Assembly (NCBI GenBank): GCA_000388065.2
Contig: KB932204.1
Length of the DNA: 21,883 nt
Reading direction: 5' to 3' (one strand)
From: Fonticula alba ATCC 38817
Lineage: Eukaryota; Protista; Nucleariida
The notes under the pieces were generated by a model. That model saw only the letters and a list, made by a program, of their open reading frames with translations, made no database searches and had not been told where the DNA came from. Shown one piece after another: positions 10,070 to 18,705 of this stretch. Numbering within the stretch: position 1 is the stretch's first letter; the number at the start of each line of letters is the position of its first letter. Position numbers and translations under genes: made by a program.

Positions 10070-13000
10070 CTTCGGCCGGCGGGTGGCGCACAAAACGGGC
10101 GGATATGCGTGCCAGCCAGTTGACAAGGGGGAAAGCACCGGCGGGGTCGGGTGTAGGAGCGGTGAGTTAGTGCCTGAGTTGGGCGCCCGGCGCCTTGCCA
10201 GCGCGTGCCAGGCGGAGTAATATGCCCTCGGTGTGCCCAAAGCCCCGGCCCCCTCGGCGGCCTCAACAAGAGCGCGGAGGGACCATCTCGGGGGGTGGCC
10301 GCGGCCGTTGGGGCGCGGCTGCCGCTGTGTCTGCGGCTGCCGTGGCTGAGGCCCCCCCCCCTTCCCCCCGGCCTCTCCCCTCCGATCCGATATGCGGCTG
10401 CCGGGGGGCCGGGGTCTTCGGCAGAGCGATGGCAGTGACCACCAGCGGTGCGGTGGGACAGGACAAAGCCCGAGGCCGGGCGGGAGGCCTCCATCCTCTT
10501 CGCCGGTGCACGAGGCGGCCACGGCCCGAAATACAAGGACGTGGCATCTACACCCAACCTCCAGAGGGTGGTCACACTCCGCCAGGGATCAGCCCCATTC
10601 GCCGGCTCCTGGGCCGCGCCCGCCCGCCCCGGGGGGACGGTCTCTCTGAGGGGCAGACCGACCGCCGTGTGGGCGCCCGCTCGCCACAAGAGGAGGGGGG
10701 TTCCCCCCGGAACGAGACCGCCCTGGCACTCGACGAGACGTCTGGGCACACACACACACACGCACACACTGACCGGCACCGGGCGAATGCGGAAAACCAG
10801 CAAAGAGAGCACACGATAAAACGCACCGTCAGCCAGGCTTCCTCCTTCAAGTCATCCGGGTTGGCGCGGCGGATCTCACGAATCAGACGCCGAACAGCCG
10901 GTGCCGCGGCCAGTGGCGTGGCCGTCCCCCGGTCAAGACGCTCCTCGAAGGAGCGAACGGAATTCAGCGCTTCGCGCACCGCGTCATAGCTTTCCGGGGC
11001 CACTTCGCCGGCATCAGCCAGCAGGGCGAAGTCCCTCAGCGACCCGGCCAGGTCCCCGTGGAAGGCACGCGCATGCGCCCGGATCCGGTGGACCGTGTGC
11101 ATGAGCCGCCCCGCCCGGGAGAGCTCCGATTCCGGCATGTTCTCGACGATCTGGAGAACAGGCCGTCGTTGGGGGGGGGGGATCGCGCGCGCACGCGCCC
11201 GCGCAGATGTGTTTGTGTGTGTGAGATTGAAAATCGGCAGGTGCCCCAGCAGCACGCCACGCAGGCAGCCCCGCGGCAGGGTTGAAGGAAGATGATGGGG
11301 GTTAGTCTCGGGCTACCGGGCCACAGGAAGGAAAGATGGGCGGTGTGTGGGCGCTCCAACATCTGTGATTATCCCACCCCCCGCCACCCTGGCCCCCCGC
11401 CCTGCGCGCCTGGGGATCGCATGTCTTCGAGCCCTCGGCCGGACCCTGTGGAGCTTCTCCACTAGTTGCCGCTCCGGCCCCCGCCCCCCCCCCCCACAGG
11501 ACCGGATACGGGGGGCCATATCTCGGACACAGCTGGCTCATGCTGAGTGCCCACATTGGGCCAGTGCACTGGCGTGCCCGGTGCGATGCTCACGCTCAGG
11601 GGCAACCATGCTGCGGCGAGGTCAGGCCACTCCCCGGGAGTCGGGTCGGGTCCCGGGAGCAAAAGCTCGCCCCGCGGTTTTGGACCCCCGCCTGCCTGTC
11701 GCGTGGATGCTCATCCCCCCGGCCTCTGCCTCATGCATGAGCGTGCTGCCCCGGTATGCGTGGGCCGGAAGGCACGACCCCCACACAAACAGAGCCAGAC
11801 ACAATCGTGTGCGCCGACGCCCCATTCACCAGGCTGAACACCGCGGTAACCCCCCCCCCCCTCGCAGCGGAGGAGGGAAGGGTGCCGGCTGCTCGACCGG
11901 GCCCCCCTTCGCTTCCCCTGCCCCCTCCCCGTCCATGGCCACTCGTGAGTCGGGCTATGCTGGACCGCAGGGGAGAGAGAGAGAGAGATGGAGCGAACCG
12001 GGGGGACACAGCCGGCACATGGGACATTGCACCCCAGGGGTAAACCGAAGGGGCCGGCCGGAGGGACGAAGCGGAGCACGCGCGACGGAACGGGCTCGCG
12101 CAACACACGGGGTCACAAGGGGGCAGCACAGGCCGACAAACACAGCGAGGCGGGCGAAAGCCCGACGTGGGCCGCCCTTGAGACGCCGCCCGCGCCGTGC
12201 GCGCGCGCCCGATCTCGTCGCGGAGCTGAGCAACACACCCGGGCAAATGTCGCGCCTACACCCGAACCGCGAAAGGGACCCCCGCACTATCGGAATAAAA
12301 AAGACACCGCGAGAGGGACGAACCTCGTAGGCCTTGTCCAGACGGCCGTTGTCCAGGTACAGGGCCGCCAGCATGGCACGGGCATATGGGTAGCCGGGGG
12401 ACAGGCGCAGCGCGGCCAGACAGTCCGCGATGCCCTTGTCGGGTTCGTCCCAGAGAGATGCCCGAGTGACATAGGCGTCGGCTCGACCCGGCTGACGCTC
12501 CAGGATGGCGGTCCAGCACTCGAGGCTCTCGGCGCGGCGGTCCAGCTAGAGCAGGGACACCCATGCCGTGGGAAGGAGAAGGGGGGGGGGGGGGAAACCC
12601 GGTCAGAGGAGGAACACAGCGAGAAAGGGACACTCTCGGGAGCAGGCGGCCGCCGCGAGTCAAGGAGAGCTTCGGCCGCGCTTGCCGGCCGTCTGCCAGC
12701 CCTCACCCCAGGCAAGTGAAGGGTCACACCAGGACCACCCCAGGGGGTCTCTCGATCGAATGCGCCACCCATCACCACCCGGGGGACGAGCTCCCCTCGG
12801 AGGGAGAGGGCGAAGAGGGCCGGTCGCAACCTGGCGCCAAGGGGGCCCCTTGCCCATTTCGGGGGAGGAGGGGGGCGGAGAGGGGAGGACGAACAATACA
12901 GGCGTGGTGGTGGGTGCGCCCGCCCCCATCCCCCCCCCCCTGGAAGCGCGCCATGGCGCCACAGACCGGACCCCGAGCCTGGAGGAGCCCTCTCCCCGGC

Positions 13001-16000
13001 GAAGGAGGGTCGCCAACTCGGGCCGGAATGTCCCCCACCACCTGGGCCATTGCTACTGTGTAGCAATAGACAAAAACACCCCCAGGGTTTCCGCCTTCTT
13101 CTCTTCTCCCTGGTGGGTGCGCACCTTCTTCAAAATGGAGGCCTTCGTCTCGATGGTGGCCACACGCTGGTTGCAGAGAGCCAACGACTCGTTCGAGTAA
13201 AACAGCGCCTCCTCATACCTGGGGAAGAGGGGGGAGAAGTAGCCCGGCCAGTGGGGCCGGTCCGTGATCGACACGGTGTCAGACAGGCACGCGCTCTCGC
13301 TTGCCAGTAGGAGGGAGGGAGGCGCAAAGGGGAAAGAGAACGATCCATCCTCCGGACGGCCCCGGCCCCCACAAGTAGCATCACGTACCGCTCCAGGTTG
13401 AAGAGGGTCCAGGCCAAATTCCCGAGAGCCACATGCCGGCGGCCATAGCCGAGCTGCAGGCAATCCATGATGTCGTCCACGGCCGCGCGGTCGTCCGCGG
13501 TCTCGACGCTGCGGAAGTGATGGTACCAAGCCGCGTGCTCGGTGGCGTAGTCCACCGGCGGGCCCATCCGCTGCCAATCGCCATTGGCCAGGAGCGGATC
13601 GCCGCCGGTGATGCCACCAGCCCGGGGGGACTGCGGCCCCCCGGCGCCGGCCGGCACCGCGGCCATGTGCGACCCGCTCGAGCCGCTCCCCTGCAGATGG
13701 AGCATGCGGGGCGAACGCAGCGACGACGTGCTGGACCCCGCGGAAGAGGAAGCCGGAGCCACTTGCTGCTGTTGCAGACTGGCCACGGCCGCCGTGCCCA
13801 GAGCTCGGTGGTCCTCGGCCGCCCGCTGCTCGATTTCCATCCAGTCCAAGTAGCTGTGGAGTTGAGCCGTCCCGGTGGTCGGGGGGGCCGGAGGGGCGGA
13901 CGCGAAACCGGCCTCGGCCCCGGAGACACCCTCGGCCGGCTGCTTGGCCGGACGCGAGGTGGCGCCCGAGGCCGATGGATGGGCGTGCTTGGGGGCCCCG
14001 CTGGCCGGGGTCTTGGCACCGGGGGCAATGCCACCACCGGGTGTCCCGGAGGCGGCGGCCCGGGCCGACGGCGTCGCCTTGGATGCCACCGGGGCCGGCT
14101 GCTGAGCGGCCGCCGGGGCCGCGGCGCTCGTGACCCCAGACACCGAGGGGTCCGCCGAAGCCGCGGTCGAGGCAACTCCCCCAACCGGGTCCAGGTGGGG
14201 CTGGCCCATGACGATGCTGCTGCGCTCGCGGGCCCGCGCATCACGCTTCAGAGCCGCGGTCAGATGGCCCACCGCGCGGACCTTGTCATTCTCAAGGGAG
14301 CTCAGCAGGCCCCGGATGAAGGAGGCATCGGCCGCCAGGGGACCGGAACGCTGGATGCTCGAACGCGAGGTCCGGCGCCGGGCCGACGTGTGGGTATGCT
14401 GCTGCCGGCCGCCGGTGCCAGTGAGGCCATCCCGCGCCAGGGGAGACGACCCGGAGGCCGCCGTGTCCACCGACGACAGGGACAGCGGGCGCTGGCGACC
14501 GCCGGGGGCCGCGGACCGACGGGGAACAGCCGCCGGGGGGGTCTGCCCGGAGCGGTTGTTCACCAAAATCCGGCCCAGAACCTGGTGCGAGGCCGGCCCG
14601 GATGTGGAGGTGGTGACGGGGGCATCCGGGCCGCCGGATGCCAGGCGCACCGGCACCGCTTGCGCGTCATCCAGATCCATCATGTCCAGGTCCACTGCGT
14701 GCCCGGCCCCGCCCAGGTGAAGCCCGCTCTCGGAGCGCGAAGCCTGGAGCATGGCATCTGGATGGTGGTCGTCCTGCTCGGAATCGAAGTCCTCCTCATC
14801 GGAGTCCGACTCGGAATCCGGCACCGCCAGGGCCACCGTGCCCGGCGACAGCAGGTCAATCAGGCGCTCGGCCAGTGTCAAGGCCGCGTGGGCCTGCTTC
14901 ACTTCGTGGCTGAGAAGCAGGCAAACACCCTGCCACAGCCGAGCCCGGTAGGCGGCCGCGCTGGACACCCACCCCTGGGCCTGGGCATCTTGCAAGGCAC
15001 GGATGGCCGCATGGCCGAACACACGCTCCGCATGGGCCAGCTTGTCGCGGTTCAGGAAAGCATGCCCCAGGCGCAGGCGATGCTCATCATCATCCAAATG
15101 CCGGGGGAGCAGGGCCACCCCATCGTCGGCCGGGTCATCCGACCACAGCCGATAGGCACTGGGCACCGAAAAGCCCGAGGCCGAGCCCTGGAGCCCGGAC
15201 TCGGCCCCCATCGCGGAGGCGGAGGATGACCGCTGACCAAGCGCCATGAAGGCCCCCCCGCCGCCGAAGGGGGAGGAGTAGCCAACATGCTGCTCCGAGA
15301 CCGACGCCCCGCCTGCCAGCGGGCGTGACATGCCGGTGCCGCTCACGGACATCTGTTCCAGCGAGCTGGCCGCATCGTAGAAGGTATCCCCGGAGCCGAG
15401 CTTGCCGCGCGAGCGACTGCGCTCCAGGAGGCGCTCCACCGCGGCGCCGGACACCAAGATCAAGGTCTCCTCCAGCGAGGAGCGCTGCCGGAGATACTCG
15501 TCAAAGAAGCGCGAGCAGCGGAGGAGCTCAAACACCCGGGGCATTAGCTGGGTCTCGCCCAGGGCACCGAGCGGCCGGGCCATGTGAACCGGCCCGGCAT
15601 GGGCCCAGCTGGTTGCCTGGCCGGACCCATCGCAGCAGGGGCACGCGTGGCCAAGACCACCGATGACCGGCCCGCCGAAGCTCGGGCCCCGGGACAGAAG
15701 ACTCTCACTCCGGGCCCCGGGCACGGGGAAGTCGTGGCCCGCTTGTTGGGCGCTATTGCGCAGGGCCATCGTATGGAGGGCGGTCATGCTGCCGCTGCGC
15801 GAGCCGGCGCGGCTGCTGGGCCGGCTACTGGACCGACTGGGCGGCTGGGACCCCTCATTGGCCTCGCGGATGATGGTTCGCAGCCGGAGGTTCGGCACCA
15901 GGCTGGGACTGGCCAATTTCTCGCGTGTGAAGGGGCTAATGACAGCCTTGGGGGCGGGGTCCTCGCCGTCGGCCGATCCGCCGGCCGGCGGCTGCACCAG

Positions 16001-16234
16001 GCCCGAAGTGGCGAACCATGTTTGAATGGCCGACCGCTCGTACGTGTGCCCGTCCAGGGCTACCACAGGATCGGTCATGATTTCCTGTGTGATGGGGCAA
16101 ATGAGATTTTGCGAGTCCACCGCGTCCATCGAGGGGGACGCCGACACTGGCAGCGCGGCAGCCGCCGCCACGGCCAGGTCGTGGGGGGAAAATGCCCCAG
16201 GCTGGCCCTGGGGAGGCGGCATCACGTTGGACAT
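9821..16234 (-). CDS. U-box domain and TPR-repeat protein, putative E3 ubiquitin ligase (spliced; exons 16234-13389, 13218-13125, 12545-12324, 11150-10827, ~10069-9821; about 1,244 aa in this model)
   Basis: U-box signature LICPITQEIMTDPVVALDGHTYERSAIQTWF...SPFTREKL...LVPNLRLRTIIRE. Phase-consistent splicing creates a continuous TPR array (HVALGNLAWTLFNLER|YEEALFYSNESLALC...ASILKK|LDRRAESLECWTAILERQPGRADAYVTRA...LAALYLDNGRLDKAYE|IVEN). The start codon and the last acceptor are uncertain. Confidence 0.82.
10827..11150 (-). CDS. U-box/TPR protein exon 4
   Basis: Acceptor TGTTCTCCAG|ATC, donor ACG|GTGCGT; 324 nt, phase 0/0. Encodes IVENMPESELSRAGRLMHTVHRIRAHARAFHGDLAGSLRDFALLADAG...KEEAWLT. Confidence 0.75.
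12324..12545 (-). CDS. U-box/TPR protein exon 3 (TPR repeats)
   Basis: Acceptor CTCTAG|CTG, donor GAG|GTTCGT; 222 nt, phase 0/0. Encodes LDRRAESLECWTAILERQPGRADAYVTRASLWDEPDKGIADCLAALRLSPGYPYARAMLAALYLDNGRLDKAYE. Confidence 0.85.
13125..13218 (-). CDS. U-box/TPR protein exon 2
   Basis: Acceptor TTCCCCAG|G, CTGAC branch-like motif upstream, donor AAG|GTGCGC. Encodes YEEALFYSNESLALCNQRVATIETKASILKK; 94 nt. Confidence 0.85.
13389..16234 (-). CDS. U-box/TPR protein exon 1 (U-box, low-complexity linkers, first TPR-like helices)
   Basis: Long open frame (ORF 13130..16573). The likely ATG is at 16234 (MSNVMPPP), where the upstream pyrimidine-rich tract gives way to coding-like sequence. Donor CG|GTACGT at 13388. 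Confidence 0.88.
15860..16115 (-). other. U-box domain coding segment
   Basis: The CPIT..IM.DPV....GHTYER.AI..W...SPFT...L....L.PN..LR..I pattern matches the established U-box consensus. Confidence 0.92.
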
Positions 16235-16945
16235 GCTGCCAGTGGGGAAGGAGCTGGGGAAGGGGGGGGGGAGGAGGGGCGGGAGGGTTCGGAAGGGGAA
16301 GGGAAACGGGAGAGGGGGAAGGGATGGACGCTTCCGAAGGCCGTGCCCTATTGAGGCTAGCGAGAGGGGGGGCGGGGGAGAGGCGGAGGAAGGGGGCTCT
16401 GTGTCCGAGAGGAGATCGACCGGAGGGGGGAAAGGAGTCCGACGCGGTGAGGAGGGAAGTCCGAGAGAAGGGCAAACTCCCAAAGGGGGTGGGGGGGGGG
16501 GGTTCTGGCGAGGGGGATCGGCGAGGGGTGAGGAGAGTGGGATGGAAATCGAGCAGAGCGCAGAAGAGGACACACCTTATTCACGGAACTGTTGGGGAAG
16601 GGGAGGGCGAGGAGAGGAAGATGAGGAGGGGTAGAAGACCGAGAGGGGGTAGGGAAGCAGGAGCTCGGCAGGGAAGACGGATGGATTTGCGCGGAAAGGA
16701 CGTCGCTGGGAAACAGGGAGGGAGAGAGATATTGGAACCTGGCGGAGGGTGGGGGACATACGTGGTGCTGGCCGAAAAGAGGTGCCTGTCCCGATGGCGC
16801 GTGGTGAACAACCGGAGTGAGATCCGGTGAAACACCGTCCAGCAGCCGGGTGCCTCCATCCCTGGCCCCCACCTCCCTCCCCTCGGCTCCTGGCCCGTTC
16901 ACCGGAGGAAGACCCCTCCACGTGTGTCTGTCCGATTGTGCGCGT

Positions 16946-16983
16946 GAGAGGAAGAGAGACAGAGACAGAGAGAGAGAGAGAGA
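16946..16983. repeat. (GA)n/(GACA) microsatellite upstream of the U-box/TPR gene
   Basis: Read directly. Confidence 0.8.
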
Positions 16984-17523
16984 ACATGCGTTTGTGTCAA
17001 CCTTCCGGCACCCTCGGCTCCCGCAACACTTGCCTGGTACTCGAGCGCGTGCATGTGCATGCACCCGCGGGGAGGGGGAAGGTGGTGTCTTCCATCGTCA
17101 CGCTTTCTGGGGGGGGGGGGGGCGGGGCCGGGAAGAGAGCAGGAGAATGGGTTACCGCAAGGCAAGGGGCGCTCCACAGCCGGGGGGCCGAGCGGGCAGA
17201 GTGAGACCACGGACCGGGCGGCGAGAGTTTCGTTGGCCCCCAAGGTCCAACTGGGGAAGGGGCCGGCTGGGCGCCATGCACAAAACACCGGCCAGGTGTG
17301 CCCCTCGCCGTGCCTGCCGGGCGGAGGCACCCGCTGCCTCTGGTGCACATGAGGCAGCGTCGCTCCGGCGTACTCCCACGAAAATTCCCCTTTACGCCAG
17401 GCCCCTTGGCGCCCTGGTCGCTCCTCGGCGCCATCGCCCGGCCCAAAGGGGGTGACCGACGCCACTCGGCCCCGACAAGGTAGGCAGACCCTCAGGGGTG
17501 AGTTGCGTCGGTCCCCCCCCCCC

Positions 17524-18153
17524 NNNNNNNNNNNNNNNNNNNNNNNNNNNNNNNNNNNNNNNNNNNNNNNNNNNNNNNNNNNNNNNNNNNNNNNNNNNNN
17601 NNNNNNNNNNNNNNNNNNNNNNNNNNNNNNNNNNNNNNNNNNNNNNNNNNNNNNNNNNNNNNNNNNNNNNNNNNNNNNNNNNNNNNNNNNNNNNNNNNNN
17701 NNNNNNNNNNNNNNNNNNNNNNNNNNNNNNNNNNNNNNNNNNNNNNNNNNNNNNNNNNNNNNNNNNNNNNNNNNNNNNNNNNNNNNNNNNNNNNNNNNNN
17801 NNNNNNNNNNNNNNNNNNNNNNNNNNNNNNNNNNNNNNNNNNNNNNNNNNNNNNNNNNNNNNNNNNNNNNNNNNNNNNNNNNNNNNNNNNNNNNNNNNNN
17901 NNNNNNNNNNNNNNNNNNNNNNNNNNNNNNNNNNNNNNNNNNNNNNNNNNNNNNNNNNNNNNNNNNNNNNNNNNNNNNNNNNNNNNNNNNNNNNNNNNNN
18001 NNNNNNNNNNNNNNNNNNNNNNNNNNNNNNNNNNNNNNNNNNNNNNNNNNNNNNNNNNNNNNNNNNNNNNNNNNNNNNNNNNNNNNNNNNNNNNNNNNNN
18101 NNNNNNNNNNNNNNNNNNNNNNNNNNNNNNNNNNNNNNNNNNNNNNNNNNNNN
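17524..18153. other. Assembly gap (630 N) flanked by poly-C on both sides
   Basis: N run. Confidence 0.99.
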
Positions 18154-18479
18154 CCCCCCCCAGGCCCCCAGGCCCCCATGCCCCCACATCGACCTGCCAC
18201 GACCCCACGCGCCCCAGGTCAGAAGCAGTCATTTCGAAATCCCGGCTTCGCAGATAGCCCCAGAAACGTGCAAAGGCAGGCCGGGTCCGCCCAGCCAAGA
18301 GGGCCTTCATGAGGGAATGCGAGTGGGACGCAGAGAAGGAGAGAAAGACAAACCGGCACCAAGGCATGCAGGAGCCGAAAGAACAACGGGAAAGGCTGCC
18401 CCACCGCTGTGGCATGCCAGCGGAAGGCTCGAAAAAGAGGTGTGGGGTGCGGTCCAAGCAGGTCCCTGTCCGTGGGAAT

Positions 18480-18496
18480 GGTATTGTATTTACACG
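18480..18496 (-). terminator. Possible polyadenylation-signal-like element of DDX23
   Basis: AT-rich GTGTAAATACAATAC on the minus strand just after the stop codon. Function is inferred only. Confidence 0.25.
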
Positions 18497-18511
18497 TGAT
18501 CGAATGGGGGA

Positions 18512-18705
18512 TCAGCCGAGGAAGCCGCCCGTCCGGCTGCGGACGGCATCGTGGAACTCCAGCTCCCGCGGCACTCGGGACAGCGGGTTCGACTTGAGCA
18601 TCGTGAACAGATCATAATAGACCGGCTCGTCGTCGGCCGTCAGGAAGGTGATGGCCAGGCCACTCTTCCCTGCACGACCAGTACGACCGATACGATGCGT
18701 GTAGG
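18512..18705 (-). CDS. DDX23: DDX23 terminal exon (motif VI)
   Basis: Encodes (P)[63 protein letters not shown] then TGA. Acceptor CACACAG|CC; 194 nt. Confidence 0.92.

Noticed and set aside
13433-15229. 598-aa plus-strand ORF and other plus-strand ORFs over 13400-16800
   Set aside because: Antisense shadows of the GC-rich U-box/TPR exon 1, with no domain-like content.
18231-18240. Palindrome ATTTCGAAAT as a heat-shock element
   Set aside because: The spacing does not fit nGAAnnTTCn arrays, and it is a single isolated palindrome.
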